Positions 42,090 through 52,173 of a stretch of DNA of 64,000 nt are shown one piece after another. The notes below the pieces were generated by a model that had not been told where the DNA came from, searched no databases, and worked only from the letters and a program-made list of their open reading frames with translations. Positions within the stretch are counted from its first letter, which is position 1; each line of letters opens with the position of its first letter. Source of the stretch: Candidatus Bathyarchaeota archaeon (GTDB lineage: Archaea > Thermoproteota > Bathyarchaeia > Bathyarchaeales > Bathyarchaeaceae). The stretch spans positions 69,140 through 133,139 of the forward strand of contig CAVOMX010000014.1 in NCBI GenBank assembly GCA_963697165.1, written 5' to 3'. The translations under genes were made by a program, and so were the position numbers.

Positions 42090-42172
42090 ACTGAAAACCG
42101 CCTCGTAATAAATCTAGGAAATAATTTACTTTAGAAGAAATATGAGTTGTGACCTTACAATCCGTAATTATA

Positions 42173-42291
42173 AGATATATTGGTGCTTTCTGTGGAAAGC
42201 TCCCCCAAATCAGTACTGGGGAGGCATTATAATGACTAGAATCCTGAAAGGCTACAAAAAATCTATGAAAAAGCTAACCATGAGGGTGCTG
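42173..42291 (+). repeat. Integrase 3'-end remnant (copy 3)
   Basis: RYIGAFCGKLP/KSVLGRHYND*NPERLQKIYEKAN. Confidence 0.9.
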
Positions 42292-42350
42292 TTTTGGTTT
42301 TTTGTAAAAAAAAGTTCTAACTACTATTTAGAGGAAATGTTATAGCTAAA

Positions 42351-42770
42351 TTGCTCTTAAAACAGACGGGGGATGGATTTATGGATCTTGAAGAAGACGA
42401 GAATGTGATTTTAGATGAGGGCTTTTGGGGTTATAGGAAAAAGTTGGTATTAACTAATAAGCGTCTATTAGTTCAGAAAGGAAAAGGACTATTTCGGTTA
42501 ACATGGAAAATTGAAAATGAAATTCCTCTTGGAGAAATTGAAGAAGCTTATGGGATGATGGAAACTTTTACATCTCTTTCACTCTTAATTTTGAAGTTAA
42601 AAAATAATGAACAATTACATTTCAATTTTAGACTAACTGACTCTCAAATGCCTAGCTTAATGGGAGGTGCTGGAGCTTTAATTCCCTTGGAGGCCAAGGC
42701 AATTACAGACAAATATGTGACTGCAATCAATCACCAAATACAAAACAGAATTGGATGTTGTGGGATTTGA
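42351..42770 (+). CDS. PH-domain-like protein
   Basis: LEEDENVI...KLVLTNKRLL...EIPLGEI. Confidence 0.65.
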   Translation: MLLKQTGDGFMDLEEDENVILDEGFWGYRKKLVLTNKRLLVQKGKGLFRLTWKIENEIPLGEIEEAYGMMETFTSLSLLILKLKNNEQLHFNFRLTDSQMPSLMGGAGALIPLEAKAITDKYVTAINHQIQNRIGCCGI

Positions 42771-42988
42771 ATCCAGAAACATTTGAAAAAATTTCATCAA
42801 AATCACTAACTTTCATTAATGATTCAGCATTCATATATGAAAATGTATGCGGTCGTTTTTACGGTTTACTTGTGGGATTTTTTTGCTTGAATGAATGCGA
42901 AATCTAAAAGACTGGGAATTACGTAGCGAATTGCATCAAAAATTTTGTGTCGAGATCTTTATGGGAAGTCTCTTCAAAGATTGTTAAC

Positions 42989-43618
42989 CTAAATGTAAAG
43001 CATTGTAAATTCTACAACACCAACAGTCAATGAGATTAGTGTTCCTACGAGCGTTTGTGCGAAAGTGTGGTTTTTTAGTTTTATTCTGGACCAACCTACT
43101 AAGCCTACAATCAAAGATAATGGTAGGGCATTTATGCCAAATACGAAAATAAGCGCAAAAATTGGTCCAGTTACGCCAGCACAATGAACACTGACCTTCC
43201 AGAACAAATTAACAACCATAAGAATTATTGAAACAAGTGTGTAACCTAAAGCCAATAAATACATTATTTTGGTGTTGGTAACTAAGAAAATTACAGCCGC
43301 AAATGAATAACTGGTTATAGCAATCAAGAAAAAAGGTGTTCTGGCTTTTCTTTTTGAAACGTATAAATCGCCAACATTCTTTCGATACACATAAAGTACT
43401 GATAAAAAGGGGAAGAAAGCAAAGCAGAAAAAACAGAGCAGGATGCTAAAAGGTGCAGAAAGTAAACCCAAGCCAATAGGCGACCAGAGAGAAAAAGAGA
43501 CAGTTGCCACAAGGGCCAATGTTGGGGGAGCAACAAATATTGAGATGATATTTGCTAAATCATAGCCAATTTCGGTTTGAGAACTTTGGTTAGTGTGAGT
43601 CTTCTTTTTGAACACCAT
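42989..43618 (-). CDS. PAP2-like membrane protein
   Basis: WKVSVH, WSRIKLKNHT motifs; multiple TMs. Confidence 0.75.
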   Translation of the reverse strand: MVFKKKTHTNQSSQTEIGYDLANIISIFVAPPTLALVATVSFSLWSPIGLGLLSAPFSILLCFFCFAFFPFLSVLYVYRKNVGDLYVSKRKARTPFFLIAITSYSFAAVIFLVTNTKIMYLLALGYTLVSIILMVVNLFWKVSVHCAGVTGPIFALIFVFGINALPLSLIVGLVGWSRIKLKNHTFAQTLVGTLISLTVGVVEFTMLYI

Positions 43619-44248
43619 TCGGTTTATCTCTATTTTAGTTCATTCAATAGGTTTTTAAAATTTTATGAAAGGAAAATAAATAGTGGTAATTAGTCGTCTT
43701 CCTCATCAATAAGTGCAAAAAAATGCTTTTTTATTACTTTTTCTTTTTCACAAAATAACAGTAATATTAGATTATTTTTTTCTTGTTTATAATGACGTTA
43801 TTTATACTTTTTAATAGAACAAAAACTAATTTATGAGGATGTGAAATAATCGACCTAAAACGAAAAGGAAATCCCAATGTACTCAAAGTTGTTAACAAAT
43901 CAAATGTAAAAGATTTTAGAAAACTTCTAACATTGATGTCCATCACTTTTCATTTCCTTTTTGATTTATTTCAAATATTTTGGGTATTTTTCAACCACAC
44001 ATAGGAGAATCATCGTGATAAATCTGAATCTCAAACTTTAAATGTGTTCAGAATTGCATATTCAGATTTATAGCCCAGAGTCTACGCGGAATGAGCCACA
44101 AACTAACATCCAGCTTTAAAAACTGAAGCTACAAATTCAATGTAGGCGACAAGGTCACACACCAACAGAGACAAAGCCATAACCGCTATTTCTGCCCTGA
44201 ATGCTCAGAAAAACTAAGAATATCGAAACTCTTCAACCTCAATTACAA

Positions 44249-44605
44249 CTATGAAAACTTTGAAATAATAGGGTAGTTTGCAGCTTTCCAAGCTGTAATT
44301 CCGCCAAGAACATTATAAACTTTAGTGAAATTGTTGGAATCCAGAATTCTTGATGCATCAGAACTTCGAGCTCCAATATGACAGTAAACTACTATTTCTG
44401 TATCTTTGTATTGTAATAATTCATCAATTCTTGATTTCAGTTCTGTTACAGGCATTAAAATGGCATTGTCTAAATGTCCTTTATCATACTCGCTCTGAGT
44501 TCTCACGTCTAAAATTACTATGTTTGGATAATTGTCATCAGTAATCATATTGTGGGTAGTTATTGCATCTATATCTGTATATGGCATGTTATCAATCATA
44601 TTCAC
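44249..44605 (-). CDS. Rhodanese-like protein
   Basis: LDVRTQSEY..GHL..A, YCHIGARS, GGITAW. Confidence 0.9.
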   Translation of the reverse strand: MNMIDNMPYTDIDAITTHNMITDDNYPNIVILDVRTQSEYDKGHLDNAILMPVTELKSRIDELLQYKDTEIVVYCHIGARSSDASRILDSNNFTKVYNVLGGITAWKAANYPIISKFS

Positions 44606-44859
44606 GGATCTTAAAAAGAATATACATAGAATACTATCTTTAGCGTATAAACAGTATGGATAAAAGGGATTGTTTGACTGCTAAAAAGAGAAGAGCGACT
44701 AACCATTACTTCTGCTCCGACTGTGCCTCTAAATTTGGAAAGAGAAGTTATGTCTGGCACAAAAATGATGGAAAATTACTTAGATTTCTGGTAGTTAATT
44801 ACTGGTAATAATAACCTCCCCAATTCAAGCTCCAATCAACAAAATGTTGTGAAACAAAA

Positions 44860-44895
44860 GTGGACGGGGCGGGATTTGAACCCGCGGCTTCAGCG
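44860..44895. repeat. att direct repeat = 3' half of tRNA-Ala(GGC)
   Basis: 36 bp identical to 51251-51286. Confidence 0.93.
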
Positions 44896-45768
44896 CCAAA
44901 TTTAGTACATCAAAATAAGTTAAATGATTCTGAAATTGAAGGTGCACTAGAAAAATTCAGTGAATGGTTAGAAGTTAACGAACTTAGAAAACCAAGAATT
45001 ATACAACATCACACTCAATGAATTAGAAGTCTGTTAAGTGATGTGAGAATATGTCCCCCAACCAAAGAAGAATTCAGAAGTTACTTAAAAAAGGGGAAAA
45101 GAAGTTCTGGTGTTTATCATTATTCAAATACGATCAAAACGTTAAGAGTTTTCACTCGTTTTCTTGGACGTGAAGAAATAGGTAAAGTTTCAAGTTTCCA
45201 AGAATTGACAGGCCTATACTAGTTGCCAAAAATAAAAGTGAATTACAAAAGGTCTACAACGAAGGATTTTCTAATCTGGGTGATAGAGCCTTATTTCTAG
45301 TATTGGCAACATCTGGGCTTAGGCATCATGAAGCAACAGAACTAACACCAAATGATGAAAATTTAGATACGGGTATGGTTATTCCGAATAATGAACAAGC
45401 AATTATTAGGGGAACAAAAAATACTTTTGTAACTTTCATTAACTCAAGCAAAAATGGTTCTGAAGAAATTTATGGCTTCTCGAGAAAGTGGTGCGGACAG
45501 CAGAATATTCAGAAAAGGTTTTGGAAAGTCTGGGATAACGTATCGTTAGCATATAGCTTCCGAAAAGTCAGGAGTTAAGTTGATACTGAGTGATTTGCGT
45601 GATTGGTTCTGTAATGAAATGGGAAAGCGTGGAGTTGCCGATAGATATATCGATGCTTTCTGCGGTAGAGTCCCTCGTAGTATCGTGGGAAGAAATTACA
45701 CGGATTATTCTCCAGAAATATTGAAAGAAATCTATGAAAATGCAAACTTGACAATAGTATCAGACTAA
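44860..45768 (+). pseudogene. SSV1-type tyrosine integrase int(C) fragment, disrupted (contains tail copy 4)
   Basis: Frame starts in att (VDGAGFEPAAS); LATSGLR, TKNTFVTFIN, DLRDWF, FCGRVPRSIVGRNYTDYSPE; internal stops and frameshifts. Confidence 0.92.
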
Positions 45769-46250
45769 ACAATGATTCATCCCAAAGGCCTTCTTTCTAT
45801 TATAATTTTTCACATTATCTAATTAATATAAGATAAAGGTAACAATTTAAGTGACTCCGTTTAAAAAAATATAGTTTAACATAAACGCATATAAAACAAA
45901 GTTACAATTAATGTCACTAATTCTTTAACAAATCGTAGTGGATAGTGATTAAAAATATCCACAGATAAACACTATAGTAATCCAAAGAGTACTTGACTGA
46001 TAGTAAAATTTTAAAGGTCTCAAACCGAGGCCTTTAGCTAATCAGTTTAAGTATTCTTTCCCTGGGATGAGAATTGGAAAGTGTCATTATCGGTGACGAC
46101 ATGGAGGGTTTATCATTTCCCTTCCTTCCTTTCCAATGTCTCATCCAACAATAATTAAATTGCTTAATTTAACTATTTCTGCAAAAAATTCTCCTATTTT
46201 TTAAATCAATTACTACCTCTCCTCAATAATTAACATTTAAAGGGTTTGTT

Positions 46251-46402
46251 TTTGACAAATGATTTGCGGAAAGTTATTGAAAGTGCCAAATATTTTATTC
46301 AGTGAAGGTTTTCCCAAAGTATTCTTGGGAAGACATTATACGGATTATTCGCCAGAAAGGTTGAAAGAAATCTATAAAAAAACAAACCTGAAAGTATTAT
46401 CG
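46251..46402 (+). repeat. Integrase 3'-end remnant (copy 5)
   Basis: ...FIQ*...LGRHYTDYSPERLKEIYKKTNLKVLS; shares lesions with copy 1. Confidence 0.92.
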
Positions 46403-46485
46403 GGATTTAGAAGTCGTTCTCAGGATAATTTGCCAACAACCTTAAATTATTTTCAATTATAATAGATGCATTTAGGGGAAGGAAT

Positions 46486-46971
46486 ATGGCAATAGCTTCA
46501 GAATTCTTTACTACTTTACTGCTTTGGTTTACTCGAGCATTCATTTCAAGCTTAATTTGTTTAATAATCGGGATTATTTCAATAAAAGCCCTAACTCATA
46601 TCACAACTAAAATCAACGAATTCAAAAGCATTAAAGGAAATCCAATTGCGACAAGTCTGTTTGTAAGCGGTTTTCTAATCTTCGCAGGACTCGTTGTTTA
46701 TGGATCGATGGTTAATCCCTTTTTTCTAGGACAATCAGTCTTGTTTGCTTCATTTTTCAATCTGCAGCGACTCTTTGTTGTCGGATTAAGTTTTTTTGTA
46801 AGTTTAATTTTTGGGTGGCTGTTTTATTTTGTATTTGCTAAATTGACTCCTTTTGGAATTGATTTGGATGATATAAACAAATCACCTATAGCTGTAGGGG
46901 TTTTTCTTTTTGGATATGAAGTGTTCTTGGGTTTACTGATCTATGGAAGCCTTATGATCCCTCTAGGATGA
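46486..46971 (+). CDS. DUF350-like membrane protein
   Basis: Two repeats, INEFKSIKGNPIA and IDLDDINKSPIAVG; 4 TMs. Confidence 0.65.
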   Translation: MAIASEFFTTLLLWFTRAFISSLICLIIGIISIKALTHITTKINEFKSIKGNPIATSLFVSGFLIFAGLVVYGSMVNPFFLGQSVLFASFFNLQRLFVVGLSFFVSLIFGWLFYFVFAKLTPFGIDLDDINKSPIAVGVFLFGYEVFLGLLIYGSLMIPLG

Positions 46972-46984
46972 AAGTGGAAAATAA

Positions 46985-48049
46985 ATGAGACTTTCTAGAA
47001 AACTAAAACTATCTACTTTTATTATTACTATTTTATTGAGCATAAATATTGCTTACGCAATCCCTAGTGGAGGAGTATACCCTCCAGAATTTATCTATAA
47101 AAATGGATATTGGTATGATAGTTGGGATTATAACAGAAACTTCTACGCGGGGGAAGATGGATTTCTACCACATGTTGCGTATGAATCGCTTGGCTCTAAC
47201 AAAGAACTAGCATATGAAATTGGAGAATGGTTTGAAGAAAATTATGATAATAAAGTGGAAAGAGCTGAAGCAATTCTAAATTATGTCAAAGATGGACAGA
47301 TTATGGTTATGACGAAGATAATGTTTTCAGAAATGGCGTAGCTCAAGAAGAATGGGCATGGAATGCAGACGAAATGGCTTACATGTTTGATGAAACCACA
47401 TATTCAGTGGCAATCGGTGACTGTGAGGATATGGCTTTTCTATGTGCTACTTATATCTTGCTTCAAAAATTGAAGTAGCACTAGTTGAACCACCAGAACA
47501 TGTTGCATTACTTATTTGGCTCCCAGAATATGATAATGCAAACTATTATTGGGATATTCCAGATGATGGAAGAGATTATGGATGGATATGGGTTGAAGCA
47601 ACGAGGGAAGTTAATCCAATAGGTTGGACACCTCCGGATTATTCTGATGGAGACTGGATTTCTTACATTCTTGGATTCTCTAAATTTAGTATCGAATATT
47701 CACCAAAAAATCCGAAAGCAGAAGACGATGTAATAGTAAAGGCAACAATAGAAAGCGCAATCTCAACAATCAATACAGTTTTTCTTAATTACAAATTGGG
47801 AGCAATTCTCAGGAAATTCAAATGATTAAAAAGGGATCATACTATGAAGCAGTAATTCCAAATCAACCCGATGGAACAAAAGTAATAGGTACAGTTTATG
47901 CAATAGATTACGAAGATTTTACTTCAGAACAAAAATTCGAATACATAGTAGGGCAAGAATTTCAATTTCCTCCTTTTCTTTTCGAGGCAGGCATCATACT
48001 CTTCATAATCTTTCTATTAATTGTGGTTTTAGCACGCTCCAATAAATAA
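46985..48049 (+). pseudogene. Secreted transglutaminase-like protein split by frameshifts
   Basis: Signal peptide; GDCEDMA (intervening frame) ... HVALLI ... WIWVEAT; C-terminal TM; three ORF pieces. Confidence 0.7.
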
Positions 48050-48062
48050 GGATGGTAACAAG

Positions 48063-48166
48063 TTTTGTGGTAATCCACTTAACATTTTTGAAGACATTAT
48101 ACTGATCATAGCCCAGAAAGATTGAAGAAAATCTATGAAAAAGCAAACAGCAAAGTATTATTTTAA
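48063..48166 (+). repeat. Integrase 3'-end remnant (copy 6)
   Basis: FCG...RHYTDHSPERLKKIYEKANSKVLF*. Confidence 0.92.
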
Positions 48167-48439
48167 ATTCCTTTTCTGCTAAATAGACACAATATATAAA
48201 AATGAATATCGAAATTTACCAAAATTTAATGCAGATGCAAACTTCTATAGAATTAAGGGGGAATAAGGGAAGCGTAGGAAAGGAAAAAATGATTAACCCA
48301 ACCATGCATTTGAGGGGAAAGATATCATGGACGCTTCCCTTAGCATTTAAATAAGCGTATGTAGGCGCATAAAAATTCGAGATGATAACAATCACTATAG
48401 GTACTGATTTGCACATAGTTGATAGTAATTTCTGCTTGT

Positions 48440-48516
48440 GAGGGCATTACACCGATTTTAGTCCAGAACGGTTGAAGGAAATTTATGAAAAGGCTAATCT
48501 AAAGATATTTGATTAG
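48440..48516 (+). repeat. Integrase 3'-end remnant (copy 7)
   Basis: GHYTDFSPERLKEIYEKANLKIFD*. Confidence 0.92.
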
Positions 48517-48802
48517 TTTTTTACTATAATTGGTGGAAGCATATTTGAAGAGAATACTTTCAATAACGTTTCTAAATTTTTTGGTTTTTGGAGGACTTGC
48601 ACTAATTATTCCATTGGTTTCTTTTACGTCGTCGGGTAGGTTTAGGTATTCTAGCACTTGAGCCTAGGTTTTTGTTTTGTCAGTAGTTTTCATGATAAAA
48701 AATAATGACATCCAATAATTCAATTTAATTTTCTTCCACAATATTTAAGTTATCCCATAGAAATTTAAACAATGATTAGAAGCAGATTCTCTGGGAAAAA
48801 AC

Positions 48803-49066
48803 ATGGTTGAAGATATTGTATGGCAAAAAAGACAACTGAGTTTTTTGAAAGAAAAATGGTTTTCCGAGAAAACAGAGTTAAAAGAAGTGACGAACCTACT
48901 AAAATGTGAACAATTACGCTCTACTGTGAAAATGTTCCATCACAACCAAGATGATATGCTGATTAAAAAACATCAAGTGGAAAGAAGAAGAATCATCGCT
49001 GAAATCGAAAAACTTGAATTTGAAATCGCGGATTTAGAATCAGAGCTTGAAAATATTTCTCATTAG
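48803..49066 (+). CDS. Hypothetical coiled-coil protein
   Basis: Clean 87-aa ORF, heptad-rich. Confidence 0.55.
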   Translation: MVEDIVWQKRQLSFLKEKWFSEKTELKEVTNLLKCEQLRSTVKMFHHNQDDMLIKKHQVERRRIIAEIEKLEFEIADLESELENISH

Positions 49067-49104
49067 TAAATCGTGAAAAAATCTTTGCTTAGGAGCTCAA
49101 ATCT

Positions 49105-49416
49105 TTGTTTCTTAGGAGAAGCAGAAAGTTAGATGTAGACTTGGGAGAGTTGAGGGATGAATGCCAAACCTTGTCCAGTTTCTTGATTTCTAAACTCAAG
49201 GCAGATGTAACTTCAAGCAACAATAAGATCTTTATTAAAACTGATTATTCATCTCCAAACGAATTAAAGAGACTAGTTAACAAGTTTATTTATCGTAGAC
49301 ATTTGAATTATCACTATTGGGTTGAGTTAGACGGTAATACTGTGAAAGTAAACAAGTACAAACGTTTTAAGAAAAAGGAAGAAGATGAGAAAAAAACTCG
49401 TGCCTCCAACAATTAA
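49105..49416 (+). CDS. Ribosomal protein eL22-like protein
   Basis: LSSFL..KL...ELKRLVNKFIYRRHL...WV resembles eL22 (YLKYLTKKYLKKNNL...RV). Confidence 0.5.
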   Translation: MFLRRSRKLDVDLGELRDECQTLSSFLISKLKADVTSSNNKIFIKTDYSSPNELKRLVNKFIYRRHLNYHYWVELDGNTVKVNKYKRFKKKEEDEKKTRASNN

Positions 49417-49509
49417 ATATGGCTGATTGGGCTATTTTGTTATCACAATGTAGCTTTTTTCCAAGGATAAAGCCAATCAATAAACTTGAGGGTCATCTTT
49501 TCGTCATTC

Positions 49510-49555
49510 GATAGGGCAGGAATACGCGAAAAAATCTATGGAAGCAAACTTTCGA
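49510..49555 (+). repeat. Possible highly degenerate integrase tail (weak)
   Basis: GGGCAGGAAT...AAAAATCTATGGAAGCAAAC resembles the tail consensus. Confidence 0.35.
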
Positions 49556-49744
49556 CTCTTTTATTGAAAGTTGGCCTAAGAAGTAGATTGATTTCTTTGT
49601 TCTATTGGGTTTTGAGGTGATTGATTTTGAAGGAGTGGAAATGCGTGATAGTTGGTGATCATAAGAATGTTGGTGAAGTGATTTAAGAATGACAAAAGAA
49701 AGGCTGGCATCTCCATACTTATGCTTGTGCTGGAATTGGGGGAA

Positions 49745-49816
49745 TGATGGCCGTAAATCATTACTTGCTATTTGAAAAAGGTGAATAGGATAAAAGCAAA
49801 CTTGGTGATTCTCTAA
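49745..49816 (+). repeat. Degenerate integrase tail (weak-moderate)
   Basis: HY...LKKVNRIKANLVIL*. Confidence 0.5.
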
Positions 49817-50226
49817 TCTGATTTCAATGAAGAAATTATGTTAATTGCATTCTCAACCATTTTTTCATATTTATTGTTAGCTTTTTCACCAAAATACACT
49901 GGAATTCTGGTTCCTCTTGGATGAATAATTCTATTTCTCTCTTTTCGAATTTGGTTGATTTGGGTAAATTCTTTATCTTTAATTTGGTGCAACGTATAAA
50001 GAAAAACGGATAGATCATTAAGGGAAAGATTATCCAATTTCTTACCAAGTTTAATTCTACGATTCTTTAGAAATTCGGATATTCTCAAAACTCCAAACTT
50101 TTCCAGATAGGCAGCTGACAATATAATCGCTGGTTTCCAATCAATTTCTTTTGTTTTAATGGCCATCTCTGAAAGAACTTCCAATTCCATCTCTTCACTA
50201 TAAATAACTGTTGCATTGGACAACAT
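49813..50226 (-). CDS. Putative HEPN-like protein
   Basis: AIILSAAYLE helix plus RNRIIH (R-x4-H) motif. Confidence 0.55.
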   Translation of the reverse strand: MLSNATVIYSEEMELEVLSEMAIKTKEIDWKPAIILSAAYLEKFGVLRISEFLKNRRIKLGKKLDNLSLNDLSVFLYTLHQIKDKEFTQINQIRKERNRIIHPRGTRIPVYFGEKANNKYEKMVENAINIISSLKSD

Positions 50227-50256
50227 GTTTGATCACATTGAAGTATCGTTCTCAAT

Positions 50257-50301
50257 CTTAAAGAAATTTATGAAAAAGCTGATTTAAAGATGATTGGATA
50301 A
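50257..50301 (+). repeat. Integrase 3'-end remnant (copy 8, short)
   Basis: LKEIYEKADLKMIG*. Confidence 0.75.
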
Positions 50302-50344
50302 GTAGGTTCAGAAAACCAAAATAACTGTTCCTATCTACAAGTAG

Positions 50345-50842
50345 TTAGAAACTGTTGAAGCTAAACATTTCTTCAAATGGTTTCTTCTTTCTTGGTTTTG
50401 GCTGTTCGGCAGGATAACCAAAGGTTACCAACGCAACAATTTTCCATTTATCAGGGATTTTCAGCAATTCCTTAACTTTTTCTTCGTTGCAAGCTCCTAT
50501 CCAACATGAACCGATCCCTAAAGTCCACGCGGCAATAACCATGTTCTGCATTGCAATTGTAGCGTCAACAACGGCCCATTTTCCAGTCAAAAGCGATTTT
50601 ATGTCTGCACACCCAACAATAGCGACGGGAGCATATTTGACAAAACGGGTAATCAAATTATCGCACAAGTTCTTTAGTATATCATGATCCTTCACAACGA
50701 CGAAACGAATAGGCTGTCTATTAGCAGCTGAAGGAGCCTGTCTGCCAGCCTCAAGAATTTGCTGCAAAACCTCTTCAGGTATATCTTTGTTTTCATAGCG
50801 TCTAATGCTCCTTCGGCTGAGAATCAAATCAAGAAGAGACAT
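50345..50842 (-). CDS. Nitroreductase family protein
   Basis: RRSIRRY, APSAANRQP, GIGSCWIG, GYP. Confidence 0.93.
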   Translation of the reverse strand: MSLLDLILSRRSIRRYENKDIPEEVLQQILEAGRQAPSAANRQPIRFVVVKDHDILKNLCDNLITRFVKYAPVAIVGCADIKSLLTGKWAVVDATIAMQNMVIAAWTLGIGSCWIGACNEEKVKELLKIPDKWKIVALVTFGYPAEQPKPRKKKPFEEMFSFNSF

Positions 50843-50911
50843 AAAACCTCACATTCTTCCTAAACTCTTCTTTGTATTTCCAGCAACAACTCTTAAAAAT
50901 GTTTGTGAGTA

Positions 50912-51015
50912 GGGCAGAATCTGGAAACGTTCTGGCTAAACACTACAATCCACATTGAATAGAGAGATTAAAAGAAATCTATGAAAAAGCGAACTTAATG
51001 ATGCTTAATCAGTAA
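50912..51015 (+). repeat. Integrase 3'-end remnant (copy 9)
   Basis: GRI/GNVLAKHYNPH*IERLKEIYEKANLMMLNQ*. Confidence 0.85.
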
Positions 51016-51248
51016 TATCTGACATAATTAACATACGCATTAACCACGCCTTCTTTATAGGAATTAGACCAGCCTTCGCGACTTGCAATAAAACGATTAA
51101 CAGAATCAGAATCGTCCAGATTTGTGTTTTTGGCTAACAGCTTCAATTTTTTGCTATACCCTTTAATTTTCTTTTGTAATATCCTCTATTCTTCAAATCC
51201 CATAATACCCCAAAAACGCGTCCATTACAAATATATGGGGTTCGCGCG

Positions 51249-51326
51249 TGGTGGACGGGGCGGGATTTGAACCCGCGGCTTCAGCGATGCCAACGCTGCG
51301 ATCATTCCAGGCTGATCTACCCGCCC
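51249..51326 (-). tRNA. tRNA-Ala(GGC)
   Basis: GGGCGGG acceptor with G3:U70, arm CAGCG-TTGGCAT-CGCTG, encoded CCA. Confidence 0.95.
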
Positions 51327-51468
51327 AATTGACATTTTAAACCATACAAGAATGCTATTAAGCGTTATGGGAAAAAGAATCCCAGGTTTCTGTATATGAA
51401 CCATTACATTTTAGGCATCTAAAGAAACTGAAACTTAAATACGAGAAAAACATCCTAAAAAGGCTGTA

Positions 51469-51543
51469 GGGCCGGTCGTCTAGTCTGGTTAGGACATCTG
51501 CTTGACGTGCAGAAGGTCGCCGGTTCAAATCCGGTCCGGCCCA
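51469..51543 (+). tRNA. tRNA-Val(GAC)
   Basis: GGGCCGG/CCGGCCC acceptor, TCTGC-TTGACGT-GCAGA arm. Confidence 0.95.
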
Positions 51544-51745
51544 CCTTTGAAATTTCTCTTTTTCTTAAAAGAGAACATTCACTAAGAGAAAATGGCTTGT
51601 TTTGGTCGCTTAAATAGCTTAAAATTTTATTTAAGGATTTTTCTGTGACTCTTGATAGATTTAAGCTTTGATCTCTGGCTTTTTTGACAAGTTTCCTATT
51701 GAGATATAGACTAATGGTCGTTTTGGTTGCAGTATTAATGGTGTT
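51500..51745 (-). pseudogene. Integrase int(N) fragment reading into tRNA-Val
   Basis: TTISLYLNRKLVKKARDQSLNLSRVTEKSL...KVGRTGFEPATF in frame; homologous to 57583-58104. Confidence 0.85.
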
Positions 51746-52065
51746 TTACTTACAATATAAGTACTTAAAAAAGGAAAAGGGGGAAAGTGTGTCTTTTTTG
51801 GTTGGATTGTGGATATATGTTTGATAGCAAGGTATTCAATGCTATTCTCGTAAGTTTGAACCGGTGTTACATAGCCTCGGGTTATTTCAAAGTATTTTCC
51901 AGAGATTTGAGGCACTAACGAATTATAGACTTTAACTCTTTCCCCAAGGTAATATATGGTTGAGAAATAATTTAAGAATTATGTTTTTTAAATAAGAAGA
52001 CTGAATCACAAAGATTGATAGTATTATTTCATTTACATGCGAACCCACATAGTGAAAGATTGATG

Positions 52066-52173
52066 TTATGCTAACACTATGAGGTTAGCCTCTTCGTAGA
52101 TTCTAAGTAATCTTTCAGAATTATAGTCAGTATAATGGCGGACCAAAACAGACGTGGCTGTACGACCACAGAC
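52066..52173 (-). repeat. Integrase 3'-end remnant (copy 10)
   Basis: VCGRTATSVLVRHYTDYNSERLLRIYEEANLIVLA*. Confidence 0.92.

Larger units (their letters stand above)
40110..51286. mobile_element. Composite accessory island at the 3' end of tRNA-Ala(GGC), punctuated by integrase 3'-end remnants
   Basis: AT-rich; unrelated cargo genes; 9 clear + 2 weak + strand integrase tails; att repeat at 44860. Confidence 0.8.
44860..51286. mobile_element. att-bounded integrated element in tRNA-Ala(GGC), ~6.4 kb, decayed
   Basis: Direct repeats at both ends; int(C) begins at the left att. Confidence 0.85.

Noticed and set aside
42930..42992. Additional tail at the end of the PAP2-like gene
   Set aside because: Too degenerate to support
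44056..44115. Additional integrase tail (GATTTATAGCCCAGAG)
   Set aside because: Only a short DYSPE-like match; the rest does not align
46100..48305. ~30-bp inverted similarity between 46100-46130 and 48276-48305
   Set aside because: Short and purine/pyrimidine-biased; may be chance
40329..51015. Tails as CRISPR repeats, MITEs or classical attC sites
   Set aside because: Copies are divergent with gene-sized spacing; no terminal inverted repeats, target duplications or attC palindromes seen; they translate as integrase C-terminus
51020..51248. int(N) for the tRNA-Ala element
   Set aside because: Expected here, but only a faint LAIKRLTESE-like trace; not callable
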